Shown: positions 38,071-53,174, numbered from the stretch's first letter. The stretch is 64,000 bases of DNA from Chrysomallon squamiferum (GCA_012295275.1 CM022669.1:5022001-5086000), one strand, 5' to 3'. A program made the numbers and translations. Notes: generated from the sequence alone by a model not told the origin.

Positions 38071-40908
38071 GAAATACATAAATTAATTATGAAATAAAAA
38101 TGTAAATTTAAAAAAAGAAAATTAAAATAAATAATCTTCTTGGAATGGAATTGTTCTATTGTTTGTAAATATCAGATTTCTTTATCATTTTATTGAACTA
38201 GTCTCCTGCACCAAAAAGTCACATTGTCTCATGTTTTGTCTTCTTTCCACAGGGCTTTTATGGGGAGGTGATGAAATACAAACTTTTTGATGACGTAGAG
38301 GAGACTGATGAAAGGAATTGGAAATATGTTGCTGTAAAGAAGATGATTAAAATAAGGGGAGCCGCGAAAATTGATTTTTTGAGAGAAATCAGTCTTTTGC
38401 AGGTCTTCGAGCACGAGAACATCGTCAAAGTGGAAGGTGTCTGCTACCAACGTAAGAATTATATCTCATTTGTGGTACTTTTCAAACAAGATGCTTTATT
38501 AGTACATCTAATGAAAGTTTTTAATGCTCTGGTTATTATACATTATGACACCCCAGAATAACAAAATAAGACAATAATATAAAACATTTGAATACCACCA
38601 TTTTGCTTGTTTTGGGATTATTAGAAAGTACACCTACGTGGTATGAATAAATGCTTAATAGGTTCCTTAATGTAGAGTTGTATGTTATTACATCTGAAAG
38701 CTCTTTGAAAATATATATGTCTCTTATGTATATATATAAATACATAAATATTGAAATTAAAATTTTGTTTTTATTTTTTATTTAGCTGATGTATTATTAG
38801 TAATGGAGTTTGTAGAATGTGGATCACTGAAAGACTATATTAAAAGCAGACCTGACCTGAAGAATGATCAACTGATCCGATTTTGCATCGATGTTGCAAA
38901 GGTTTGGATTCTTTTCATCTTTTTCCCTTCTGTCAATATAAAGACAATAAACCTTCTCATTACGAGTGACACTTTTGTTGTTGTTATGTGGCCTTTTTCT
39001 GACAACACTAGAAGAAACTTAAGAACAAATTGACTGACCATGTGATATGATGGCTACGTAAAAATGGCAGACATTTTAGAACTGTACTCTTTGGTTGTTA
39101 TATTTTATCACTGTTAAAGACTGGATGTCAGATAATAAAATAAAACATAACTAGGAAGTGTATATCTTTAGATCAGGGATCACCAACACAATGACAGAAG
39201 GCAGCAGGTCACCTGCAGGGATCAACAGAATTAACAGTTGAACATTGATATTATCTGTATCCAGCCTTGTTTCGTCACTGGTGATAATTACTGTGAGAAA
39301 TCATTAACGCAGTCATTGTCTTCACATAGATGGTTATCATTAATAATAATATATAACTAAAGATAAACTGAACAAATTTGTTATTTCAGAAGAGTGTAAC
39401 AAACTGATAGCCCTTTGTATGAATCAGCATTATTAAGAGATACCATTTTATGAGGAGTTATACATTGTTTTAGTTTCATGGAATGGTGATACTGGGTTTC
39501 CATTGCCATACAGTCATTATATGAAAATATTTTAGACACCTAATATTAATCATTAAAGCTAAAACATATTTAAATAAATTTTCATCAGTTAGTCCTTAGG
39601 AAGAAAAAAAAGAAAAAGATTCTAGAGGAAATTAAATGAGTTAATTTCAGAAATTCAAGAGGTTATAACGCTATCCAGGAAATCTTTGAAAATAATAAAT
39701 TTCAGTTGCTTTTGAAAAGTATGTAATAGATGAAGAATGGTTTTGAAAACAATGGATGATTTATTCAGAATGCCCCTAATGATATACTGTGGTGGCAGAT
39801 TCTAAAGAAAATATATGAATATATTTTACAGATATATCTAATTCATGTATTTCCAGCTTTTTAAAACAGATTTTTAATGTTGTTTTTCCTTCGAATTAAA
39901 AAAATAAATAATAAATAAAAATTACATCACAGTTCAGTTATCTTTAAAAACATTAAATATAATTTCTGACTTTCAAGATCCAGTTATGTATGTCTTTGTT
40001 TTGCTATTTTTACAATATTTTTAATTCCTATTTTCCACTAGGGAATTGAATACCTTCATTCAGAGAATGTCGTTCATCGGGATCTAGCAGCTCGAAATAT
40101 TCTTGTAACAAAAAATTTGACAGCGAAAATCACTGACTTTGGACTAGCTCAGACTCTAAGAGCGGGCAAGGACTACATTCGGAGCAGTGATCAACAGTTT
40201 CCTGTACACCTGTAGGTTACCATTCTTATTCACCTGATGTTTCCACTGGTCTGTCTTTCTCAGTTCTTCCATATCTATCAATCTGACTGTGTTTTTTCAT
40301 ATCCATTTGTTTCTATACCTCCATAATTTCTGTACTTCCATCTATCTCTGTCTGACTCTGTCCTTCTTTTGATTGTTCTATCTCTGATTTCCACCCATCT
40401 CTATATTTGCCTCAGTTCTTCCATACTTTCACTTTCCATCTTTCTTTCTTTCTAACTCTCCTCCTCTTTTGTCCCCACTTCTTGTGTTGTTTAAATATAG
40501 CAAATGAATCAAAAACACAACTGAAACTTAGATATATTAAGTTAAATCTTCTAAATTCATATTTTTAATTAAATTTTACCTAAATTTCTTTCTAGATGTC
40601 CACCAGAAGCACTTTCTCAGGCAAAGTTCACTAAAAAAGGTGATGTTTGGTCATATGGTGTTCTGATGTGGGAGGTATTTACCAGAGGTGAATCACCCGT
40701 TCTGGTGCAAGAAAACTCACAGAAGATTTTTGATAAGCTTTACAAAGCTCTGCAGGAAAACAAACGCCTACCCCAGAAGAAAACAATTCCAGATGCAGTG
40801 TATAACATCATGAAAAAGTGCTGGACATTTAACATGGAAGACAGACCAGACATCACACTGATACTGTCACAAATATTACATCTGCACATGGGAGGCCAAC
40901 AGAATTAG
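28071..40908 (+). CDS. JAK: Janus kinase copy 2, intact except a 1-nt deletion in an A run (28605-28609). Exons 28071-28987, 30399-30503, 30791-30948, 31726-32021, 32210-32350, 32725-32837, 33024-33236, 33656-33807, 34468-34612, 35129-35423, 36239-36417, 38253-38451, 38786-38901, 40042-40211, 40596-40908
   Basis: Same exon lengths, splice sites and catalytic motifs as copy 1. Exon 1 is 917 nt instead of 918 (A5 versus A6), so this is either a young pseudogene or an assembly error. Confidence 0.8.
31005..31447. repeat. Intronic minisatellite, paralogue of 10060-10375
   Basis: Same unit, more copies. Confidence 0.9.
34655..35012. repeat. Intronic minisatellite, paralogue of 13845-14815
   Basis: Same unit, fewer copies. 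Confidence 0.9.
39175..39230 (+). mobile_element. Possible hAT-like DNA transposon terminus relic inside a ~690 bp intronic segment found only in JAK copy 2 (~39143-39830)
   Basis: cagggatcaccaac resembles CAGGGGTCxCCAAC-type hAT ends; no partner end or TSD identified. Confidence 0.3.
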
Positions 40909-43287
40909 CAGACAGAGGCGTCCTCAGAACCTCTTCAGTGATCTCTGGAGCTGAAACTATTTTGTAATAAAAATCCTTATGCGGAACTGAGGCTGAGAAT
41001 AAAACTGTCAGATTATTTTTATATTTCTATATTCTTAAAAATAATAAACAAAAAGAGAAAACAGTTTTGTCGTTCAGCTGAAAGGTGCTTTTTTTTAACT
41101 GATAAAAGTAATATTTGTTATGAGATATAAAACAATATTGTTATGAAATATATAATATTACTATTGTATGAAATACAGAATATAACACTGGAGTTTTGTA
41201 ATGTGTAATATAAAACTGCAGTTTTCTTATAGTGCTTGAAAATAAAAATAAATAATTTGAATATGAAAGACTCTTGATAAGAATAATTTGTGTATGACTT
41301 TTCTGATCAATTTTAAATTACTTACATTTATGGCCTTATAATCTGGTAGTAGTAACCATATATCATTGAAGAACATGCACGTAAACTTGTTATATACTTG
41401 TTATATATATATATATCTGATATGTAACATTTATATTTATTCTACTTTGAAAAATAACAAAAATTATGGTATGTGCTGTACTGTATCTTAGAAATAATTT
41501 ACAAAAGTTAGATGTTTCTGGTGTATATGTAAAATAGTTTATCAGCCATCTATTTGCATACACAATCACACTTTTTATATAAAGTAATACATAGAGAGAG
41601 AGGGAGATACATACATATATACAGATACAGATAAGTAAATAAGATCTTAAACAGGAATATAATTAAGAAGATTAATTTTATAAATTATTTCTGAATTTTT
41701 CAGAAGGATGCTTTACTATATAAACATATTTTCAACATGAATTTATTCATGAATATTAATCATTTTTAACTATGAAATTTATATTTCTGTTGTAATAATT
41801 TAAATAATTATTATTATTGTAAACACTGGTATTAACAGCATACAAAATTTAGTTCTGTTATTTATTTATTTATTATTATTATTTATTGCTGCTGCTACCA
41901 CTACTACTGCATCTGTTACTACTATGACTACTACTATTCATCTTTGTCAAACAGTATTTTATTCTTTTCATATAGCTAACAGAGCTAACACAGAAATTTT
42001 TGCAAATCTGTTTGTTTTTTATTATTGTCTACAGAACTTAATAAGCTGCTTTTGTTAAAAGGACCAATAAAATTGATATCATTAAAATAGATTTCAAGAA
42101 GTCTGTATTATTATAATAATCATAGCCTTCTTCCATTAAAATATATGAAATGTTTCTTATTTTTTTTGTTTGTTTATGTATTTTTATTTTTGTTTATTTG
42201 TTAATATTTTTTTCTGACATCTTTATATCTTGTTATTTTTTTTTTTTTTTTTAAAACAAACCCAGAACATGTATGGATGTATTCACAAGCTTTTGTGCAA
42301 TACACAAACACATAACAAATGTTTGTATGTTGTATGTTTGTATATATATGTACATATGTGTAGATTCAAACTCAAGAAACACACACACACACATATATAT
42401 ATATTCATACATACAAATAATAAACTTAATAATTAAAATAATGGGGAAAAACAAGTTTCCCCAAACAGAAGAAACCAGAACTGAAACATTGCTAACAAAC
42501 AAATAAATTGGAAAAAAAAATATATATATATATTAATAATAAAATAAAAAAGAATTAAACAAAAAATATTAAAATGTAAGTAAATAAATAATAATTATAC
42601 GAAATAAAATTAAATGAAAAGTCATCCCTTAAAGAAAGAAATTTATTTGTAAGTTCCAAGTCATACTAAAGTCATAAACTGTATATCCACAATGTTGATA
42701 TTTAATGATTATGAAATTGCAAAATGTTGTGCATAATAAAATGTCTTCTAGCAATATATCTATGTAGAATGTGTCAACAAAGGATTCTGAAAAATATAAA
42801 AAGAAATAAAAAGAAAATACCTTTATACTGACAATAATTTTATTATTAACAAAAACAATAATAAATATTTCAAAATGTTTGTTTTTATTATTAATATATA
42901 GTATTGCACTTTTAATCATGGTACACTATTATCTTGTAATTATTTTATTATTACCAAATTTGACAATGAAGTCTGGAATTATTTTTAAAATTAATAATAG
43001 CAATTTTGATTTTATTACTATCAAATACAATAATAATCATAATGATAACAGGATTATTTTTGGTGAGAATGAGCGTGATAATTAATAAATAATAAATTTG
43101 GCATTTATTCTATTATTAACAATCAAATTCTGTCATTAACAATAATGATTCTTATTTATATATTTACCAGATATAATTATAACTTTTTTCTTCCCCCACA
43201 GGTAAGTAATAATAATTTCAACATTATTTTTATTAATAATTAATAACTTCTATATTTGTTATTTGAAAATATTTCATTTCATCAGAA

Positions 43288-43347
<60 letters not shown>

Positions 43348-43827
43348 TACAATATAAATGAAATACAAAAAAACAATTAATTTTTGAAAATGAAAAATAA
43401 ATAACAACAGCAACAACAACAAAAATAAATAGAATATAAGAAAAAATACAAAAATACAAATATGGAAAGAAAATAAAAATAATAAATTGCTAAACATATA
43501 AACAAATTTTACATCAAATTAAAATTAATAATAAAATGTGAATCTAATAATTACATTCAATAGTTTCCTTATAACATAAACATAACATCTTTCACATCAA
43601 GCTTGTTAAAAGGAATGTAATAGAAAAAACCCACTTTCAAACAGATTTGAAATGCATAGGGAAAAAAGAAAAAAACAAACCCTGAATTTTCAACTTAGTT
43701 AAAATAGAGATAAATACTGAATTTTTTTTCAAAATTCAGAACTTATGACAACTGGCCTTTAAACAAGAGAAGCACTAAAATACATTTTCACTAACAGAAA
43801 TGTATGAAACAAAGAAGTAAATGTCAT

Positions 43828-46800
43828 TCATACATAGGCTTCATTCCAGTTTGCTCGGCGTCTCACTGTTTCTGATTTGTTTACTTCATATCCAGAATGA
43901 TCTGTGCGAATTTCAAACAGCCATTTTTTCCTCTTCTGGCACAAATCTGGATTGTTTATTAATGTGTATGCCACCCACCAACGTCTCCGGTGTATGTTGT
44001 TTTTGGAAACTGAAAAAATAAAATAACGCAAATTTTGACTGGGACTGATTTTTTAATCGTCAATTTTTAGATCAGAGAGAATAATTATATCCACTGATTT
44101 TTAGAAAAGAGTAACTTTATCCTCCAACTCTATCCATAGAACTCAGTAATTTACCCAATCAATTAGTACTTATTTTTATTTATTTTTTTTATCCATATGA
44201 CATCTATCTATCTATCTATCTATCAATCTTTCTAGCTATAACCGTTTTTCTTTCTTACTTTATTGGTTACTGCAGGTGAGCAAAGTCTTTCAAACAACAA
44301 CTTTCTGAAAACAAATGACTGACTAACATACGAAGGTCAAGGACAAACCTGGAACATGTTCAAATGAACAAACCGAGACATCATCGTCTATCACAGAAGG
44401 AAGATTTATTGATGCAGCATCAACACTGGGGAATGTTCTGTACTTTCTACTTGCGGGATGTACTTTAGGTGCAGCTTCCAGATGGCGTTTTCTGAAGGCC
44501 ACTTCCCACAGGAGTCCACTGAAAACCCTCAGTATGGGATTGTTGTGTGCATTGTCCATTTGTAACATACCAACATAGGCTTGATAGCCTGTAATAGCAA
44601 CAACAACAACACTGATAATAACTCTAATAATAACAGAAATAACAATAAACAATAACTGTGATAATAATAATAACAAATAATAATAATAATAAATAATAAC
44701 AATAATAACAGTAAATTAATAATAATAATAATAATAACAATAAAAACAACATCATTAATAATAAAATAACAACAATATTAATAAAAAATAATAACAGAAA
44801 TAATGATGATCATTTTTGTGACAATCATAACATTAACAATAGTTTTTATTTATTTATTACTTTTCACAGAAAAATGTGGGTTTGTGGGTTTCACTTAATG
44901 AAAATACTGCATAAAGTATGAGTGACAGGTGTGAGAAAGAGAGAGAGAGAGAGAAGTAAAAAAACATGAAAGAAAGAGAGAGAGGTAAAAAAAATAGAAA
45001 AAGAAAGTGAGAGCAACTAAAACTGATAGACCTTTATCTCTGTTTTCCCATCCTGCCATGAAGATTGTTCTCTCAAGTCGACCCACCAGTAACACGCCCA
45101 GTACTGAACCCTGCAGTATTCTGAAGAAACACGAGACTATTCCCATGCCCATGTTTCCAAAGAAAGCATAATAGTTGAATTCTTCATAGAATTTCCTGAA
45201 AATGAAAGCGATTTAATTAATGGATAGAGCTGACAGAGTTAAAAGATTTAATTAGTGAATACAACTGATGGTAATAAAAATTTCATTAGTGGATACCACC
45301 TGATAGTGATGATTTGATTAGTGGATGCAGTTGATAGTAATACAGCTGATAATGATAAGTTGATAGTGATTCAGATTTAATTAGTGGATGCAACTGATGG
45401 TGATAGGTTTGATTAGAGGATACAATTGATACTGATCCAGATGAAAGTGATACAACTGATAGTGATACAGATTTAATTATTTTACTTATTTTTAACTGAT
45501 ATTTTTATTTATGTACACACCTGTTGTCAACATTGAGAGGGGGGAACCTGTCTGTTTCTTTGATTTTGGGTTGTAGCAAGAAAAATCTAGCAACTAGCAC
45601 TTGTAAGTAGAACAAAGCTACCATTGAAGCAGGAAAACTGGAATAACAACAACAGCACCTTATTAACATCTTCAACAATAACAACAGCATCATGAACAAC
45701 AACAACAGAAAGAACAGTGAACATCATCATCATCATCAATAACAACAACAATAATAACATAACACAAATAACAATAATAATATTAATAATAATAACACTA
45801 CCATAACCACTACTGCTACTAGTACTACCACCACTGTTACTACTGCTACTACTACCACCACATCACCACTACTTCTTCTCTTAAAAAGAACAGCAACAAC
45901 AATATTAACAAAAATATCAGCAATGGCAGTAATGTTAGCAACTGATAAAGATTTTTAAATACTATCTCTAATAAAAATAACTGTGGATCAACCAAGTACT
46001 TTTAGTGTCTCTGTACCCTAGTAGTAATGTCTGCTTGTAAAAAATTAGTGGAAAACTTACCTCAGAACCTGGAGAAAATAGCTAAGTGAATCCATCACAA
46101 AATGATTAACAACCAGAAAGAAAATGATGTATGTCAGAATCAAACCAAGAAGTAACACCATAAACATCATTATTATCATACCTGTAGAGAAGCACAACAT
46201 TAAACAGTTAGATATACATGTACATATGCACACACATACAAACAAAGGTGTACTGATACAAAAAAATATACATACATACATATATACATACACACACACA
46301 CACATTAACACACATACACATTATACACAGCTCACATACACCCATACAAATGGACATACAGACAGAAAGACTGAGATAAGAAGATAGGGAATGAAATAGA
46401 TATGATGGTAGACAGACAAGTAGATAGACTAAAAAAGAAGTAGATAAATTATTTCAAATATTTACATTCCATTTGCACTATCAGTTATAAAAAAACAAGA
46501 ATTAGTTTATATGGATAGACAGACAGGGAAATAAGTAGATAAGGAGGTAAAATAGTTAAATAGGTTGATATTGTCAGATATATGAGGTGATCAGCTTCCT
46601 GATAATCTTTACAAATACAGTAAAATAAGGCAGTTTAGGATAGTTGTTTTTAAAGTGGTTGATACTGTATTCTGCCAGGAATGTGCACTATCGTTAACTA
46701 GAATGTAATTTTAATACATTTTTATTTGTTTATTTATATTTTAATTTATTTTTTAAATTGTTTTTACAATCTTACGGAAAGGCAGAATGTTAATAGATGG

Positions 46801-49800
46801 TGCTAGAGATAAAAATTGGGTGTTTAGGATAAAAGCACACATTTACATACCCCATAGCATGTAGGCCACTTGGTAACCAGGAAATTTCAGATTTTCAGCC
46901 TAAAAGAATAAATAATTAAAAAAAAAAAAAAAAAAAAATGAAATAAGATAATAATAATTAAAAAAATAAATAATAATAATAAAATAAAATAAAATAAAAC
47001 TGGTACATGAACAAAACCAAACAAAATCAGTAAATGAAATAAAAAAAAATTAAAAAAATAATCAAAAAAATAAAATAAAATTAAATTAAAATAAAAACAA
47101 AAAATAAACTAAATAAAAAACGAGTGAAAGAATAAATAAAAAAAAAAAAAAATGTAGGGATAAAAATCTAAAATTAAAACAATAATAATAAAAAAAATAA
47201 TAATATTAAAGAAATCAAATAAAATAAAATATAATAAAATTTAAACTAATATTTCCTAAGCAAATCTAAAAATACCATAATGAAATGGGTTGCTTTTGTT
47301 TCATCAATTGTAAACTTGTGAATTCCTTTGAACAACTGAAGAATATCAGATCTGTAAATATAAACAATTATTATTATCCTTAATGTTGACACTTTAAAAA
47401 TACAAATAAAAAAGAAAATAATAACAGTATATAAATTTATTTTTTGTTATTAGTAGTCACAATAGCAACATAAGTTTCAGTCTTAGTTTAAATAAAAATT
47501 AAAACTTTTTACCTGTAATTGGTAAGAAAGAAATACAAGTTGGCACATGCTATTACTGTAATTAGCAACACAGCTAATAAATATATACCTGAAATAAACA
47601 AAATTTGTAATAAGCAACATAATAATAATTGGTTATATACATGATATATTACAAAAAAAAAAAATTATAAACAGATATAATAACAATTTTATAAAGTGAG
47701 ATATAACATTGTCATCTCTTGTTATTAACAGATATATGACAAACAGTATTATAAATAGATATATAACAAAAAATATTATAAACTGATATATAACAATTTT
47801 ATAAACTGAGATATAACAATTATTTTTATAAACAGAGATATAACAATTATTATTATAAATAGAAGTATAACAAGTAGGTGGTGATAGTTATAGTTCAACC
47901 GGTCATTGTACAAAATGAGGAAAATCAGTGGTTTTATCTATAGAAAACTGTTTTTAACCTATAGAAAGGTAAATATAGGTTGGATTCAACATAGTCAGTG
48001 TCCCATTCAGAAGTGTAACATGCAGGAAGTCCTTGTCCTCAAGCTCTGTCACCATATACAAGACTTGAAAACCAATAAGAAGGAAAAAAGCTATGAGCTG
48101 AAACAAATGACAACAGAAAATAATCGTGATGATGATAATGATGATTATGATGATAATCATAATACTACCGATAATGAGACTGATGGTGATAACTGTAATA
48201 AAACAAAACAAAACAAACAGATGACAGATAAACAGGTAAATAGTGGTAATTAACATTAATAACAAAAACAAACCAAAGGAATAAAATCAAATATATCATA
48301 CATAGGTACAAACATTCATATACAGATTTGTATTTACATATGCATATATCCAAAACCACCAGATTTATATCTAAATAAATGTATTTTCTTTTCTTTTCCT
48401 AATGCTAAGACTCTGTTCTAATAATCTAACATACTAACACTTCTCTCTAATAATATAATACCCTAACACTCTCTTCTATCTAACATACTAACACTGTCTT
48501 CTCTCTAATAACACACTAACACTGACCTCTCTCTAATAATATAACACACTAACACTGACTTGTTTCTATAACACACTAACACTGTCTTCTCTCTAATAAT
48601 ATAACACACTAACACTGACTTGTTTCTAATAATATAACACACTAACACTGACTTGTTTCTAATAATATAACACACTAACACTGACCTCTCTAATATAACA
48701 CACTAACACTGACTTCTCTCTAATAATATAACACACTAACACTGACCTCTCTAATATAACACACTAACACTGACTTCTCTCTAATAATATAACACACTAA
48801 CACTGACTTCTTTCTAATAATATAACACACTAACATTGACCCTCTCTAATAATATAACACACTAACACTGACTTGTTTCTAATAATATAACACACTAACA
48901 CTGACCTCTCTAATATAACACACTAACACTGACTTCTCTCTAATAATATAACACACTAACACTGACTTGTTTCTAATAATATAACACACTAACACTGACT
49001 TGTTTCTAATAATATAACACACTAACACTGACCTCTCTAATATAACACACTAACACTGACTTCTCTCTAATAATATAACACACTAACACTGACCTCTCTA
49101 ATATAACACACTAACACTGACTTCTCTCTAATAATATAACACACTAACACTGACTTGTTTCTAATAATATAACACACTAACATTGACCTCTCTCTAATAA
49201 TATAACACACTAACACTGACTTGTTTCTAATAATATAACACACTAACACTGACTTCTCTCTAATACTATAACACACTAACACTGACTTTTTTCTAATAAT
49301 ATAACACACTAACACTGACCTCTCTCTAATAATATAACACACTAACACGGACTTCTCTCTAATCCTCTAACAGTAACACTCTCTTTCTCTAAAACACTAA
49401 CACACTATCTTCTCTCTTTTCAGTCTAAATCCAAACTTGATAAAAGACTTTCCATACCTGATATAGAATTGAAATTACTATAAACACTGTAGATACAATC
49501 CTCACAGGATACTTGAATCCTTTAACTGATTTGAATATCCTGTTGTACCATCTCTTGTACCACCTTTCATCTGGTCTGATCTCATTTCTGTGAGAAATGA
49601 AAATATTATTTCACTGGGAAAAAACTTGTTATGTAACCATTGATATCATGGGAGTATTAGTGTACTTGTACTGAAATAGCTCAACAAAATAAATTCTTAT
49701 TTTTTGTAATAAAATTTCTTAAACATTTGTAGATGTGTCCATTTCTGTCTGCTGTCTATCTGCCTTAACTGATGCATTTTTATATAATTGTAAGTCTGTA

Positions 49801-50692
49801 TGTTGATGTGTAAATGTATTATCTGTGTGTCAGGGTGAATATATGTGTTTGTATGTGAGTGTGGAGGTGTGTGTGTGTGTGTCTGAATGGCTGTCTGGGT
49901 GGTAGCTGAATGTGTGTTTCTCTCTGTGTCTGTGTATATATGTAATATGTATGTAACATAACTGACTCTAAACACACTTCTACTGTTAAAAGATATTCAG
50001 TAAATACAAATAACTACAGTACATACAATATGAAGAGATTTACTTACGAAAATCGTTTTACATTCAACAAAACTCGGACATACAGAGCCTGATGTGGGTG
50101 TACAACATCAGTATTTTCCTGTAATCAAACCATACATATTTACCAATGGTAGAGCATTAAAACAATTTATGCTACAGATGCCACTGTTATAAATACATGA
50201 TATATTTACCACTCCTACAGTATTTAAAAGATATGTTTTATAGTTACCACTGTTATTGTATTAAAAAGATATGTGTTATATCTACTGATATGTGTAATGG
50301 ATTATAACAGGCTGCCACAACAATGTAAGCTTTTCCAGTGAGAAGTAAGGAATATTTTAATGACTGAAATTTCCCTGAAGGCCATTAATTCATTAGCTGT
50401 GGGGAACAGACTGGATTGGGAAATAGCTCAAAGGAGGGATTGATTCTGCAACTCATTTATAATGTAAAGAATAGAGAAAATGACTACATACCTCTAGCAC
50501 ATACTTCTTTTTCTTTACACAAACATAGACTGAGTAAATAGAGCGAAGCATGAGGTATGCATAGCAAATAAAAATTGGCACTTGTGAGAGAATTAGCTGT
50601 GCTTTCATACCCTGTTGATAACAAACAATTATAATTGTTAAACATTATAGTATATATATAAATGCTATATATATAAAAAAAGAATGAAGATT

Positions 50693-50782
<90 letters not shown>

Positions 50783-52310
50783 ATAAACAGTATTGGTCAC
50801 AGTGATCTAATTATTTACCTTGTTAGCACCAATACTTGAATAAATACATTCTATCTGAATCTGATAAAGAACTGTAGCACCAAACCTAAAAAAAAAAAAG
50901 GAAATGAAAAGACATGAAAAACAAAATGAATAAATTTAAACATTATAAATATTCTTAATTTTTTTACCCACTTACAAAATGATACAGAAAATGGACAAAA
51001 AAAAAACAAAAAAAAACAATAAAAATGGACAAAAAAAGAGAAAAAAACCAAACAAAATAAAAAAAAAACCAACAAAACAATAATAATAAAAACATTAAAA
51101 AATTAAATAAAAATATAATAAAATAATTAGACCACTGTATAAAATAAAATAAAATAAAATAAAATAAAATAAATAAATAAATAAATAAATAAATAAAAAT
51201 ATTAAAAACTTAAATAAACAAATTAACAAATAAAAATATTTATTTTAAAATAAAATTTAATAAGTAGACAGATCAGAAAGGACATATTAGAGCAAAACAC
51301 ACAAAACAAACTAATTAAAAGACCAACCAACCCCCCCCCCCAAAAAAACCAACAACAACAATAAAAAACAAACAGACCAAACATCAAATAACACACACGC
51401 ACACACAAACACCCGAAAGAAATACTTGCCACATGGAGCTGTAGAAAAACAGAGTTATTGCCCCTACAAGTTTGTATCGGGTTGTAATGCAGGCGAACAA
51501 GGGAAAACATATTACAGAGTACTCCAGTGCTCGTACTTGTAAAATAAGAGCTGAAAATAAAAATTTATTTTCAAATCTTATAAATCAAGTTTTTTTTTTT
51601 GGTTTGTTGTTTTTGTTGGTGTTTTTTTTGTTTTGTTTTTTTTAAATCTTATAAATCATGTTGTTAAACATCCTATTAAACATTTTAATTTTTTTAAATG
51701 TTCATCAGAGAACATAGATAAACTAAGTTCTAGTTTATTTATTATGCATAATGTGTGTAATACCTTTTTTTTTATTTGTTTAGTGTTCTGATCTATATAA
51801 ATGCAAGAACTCTTCATGCCAATATAATGTATTTACATATACGTCTGGGTATCATTTAGACCTACCTGCAGCCCATACTGGCACTGAAAATGGGTAAATG
51901 TTTACATTGGTAAACATACTAATAATGAGATTTGTAATGGTGCCAAAGCCAGCAGCATAACCAAACCGGTCTTCATATCCATCAAGAAAGTGAATTGGCC
52001 TGCGGAAAAAAAAAAAAATTTAAAAAATTTAAAAAATCAATATATCTATTTATATATCTATATAATAATAATAATAATAATAAATAAATAAATAAATAAA
52101 TAAATAATAGCACATAAATATATCTGGTTGTGGTTGTAATGATAGAAGTTTGGTTATATATATAACAATGATTGTTAATTAAATAAAACTAATTACTAGA
52201 TAGAAAATCAAACTTTACTTACACAATTAACGCTGGTCTTCCAAAACAGATACGTGGATATGAACGACGTTTTTCCAGAAATGCGAGAAGAATAATTATA
52301 AAAACCTGTT

Positions 52311-52351
<41 letters not shown>

Positions 52352-53174
52352 TACAATAATGTTGTTGCTTTCTGTGTTATTATTTTTTTGTTGTTTCTTG
52401 TTTTGTTTTGTTTTGTAAATATATTTTTTGCTTGCTGATACGTGCATAATGCGAAAAGAGATGATTTGGTTTACTTGCATTTTAAATCTATGTCGCGATA
52501 GTAACAATTTTTGTAACCATTTGAATTTCATGATGTTTCTTCTGCCACTGTTATATAATAACGATGTCTGTTAAAATGCCCAAGAAACTATTAGTTTCTG
52601 GATCCATTGATATCTGTTTCATGACATCAGCATATCTAGAATATGACTGTTATGTTTATCATTAAAAACATAAAGTTCATTTCAGTTTCCAAACATATAT
52701 TTCGTTTCAAAAAGGCTACGTACAAAAACTAAAGCACTATCCCAGGTGACGTCATATAATTATTTCTCCCTTGTTCCGGTTCCCCTAAACATCGTAAACT
52801 GTAACAATGTTATCCATTTAGATACAATAATGACTATTTATTTATCATTCTCGTTTAGCTGCATTTACATCCCTTGTTAATGTTTGAATGCTTGACAGGT
52901 CGAATGCGATGAAAAGAATCACTCTGAAGTATTTTTAAAAAAAAAGATGAAGAGAAAAGGAAAATAATAATAAGAAAAAAACATATGTATATGTATATGT
53001 TATAAACGGCTTTTGATCATAAATGTATTATTTCTATTATTTATTACTGTTATTAAATGTAGACAGATTTACCGCCGGTAGAGTTGAAAAGTGAGTAAAT
53101 GTATCAAAACCGAATTCCACCATGCATGTTACATTCTTGTTATCACCACTTTGCTGATCTTTGTCATCAAACAT
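43828..53174 (-). CDS. STRA6L: STRA6-like / RBPR2-type polytopic membrane receptor, ~663 aa. Exons in transcription order: 53174-53073, 52305-52223, 51999-51866, 51550-51430, 50885-50819, 50611-50492, 50118-50048, 49587-49458, 48097-47959, 47588-47513, 47351-47276, 46899-46851, 46181-46061, 45637-45521, 45195-45032, 44588-44349, 44009-43828
   Basis: STRA6-family motifs GRPALIVPIHFL, RFGYAAGFG, FPLFACITT, HQALYVRVLL, FKYPVRIVST, GYQVAYMLWG, FLLQPKI..D..PPLNVDNR, GYQAYVGML, RWWVAYTLINNPDL. Exons sum to 1992 nt with consistent phases; one GC-AG intron. Confidence 0.92.
48420..49400. repeat. Intronic minisatellite (~29-33 bp unit, acactaacactgacttctctctaataatata)
   Basis: Homogeneous tandem array in STRA6-like intron 8. 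Confidence 0.95.

Larger units (their letters stand above)
22832..42204 (+). repeat. Tandem segmental duplication, unit 2 (part shared with 2100-21608)
   Basis: Colinear near-identity with unit 1. Confidence 0.95.

Noticed and set aside
44243-44304. Possible extra STRA6-like exon between exons 16 and 17
   Set aside because: The phase-compatible frame hits a stop, and exon 16 splices in frame directly to exon 17.
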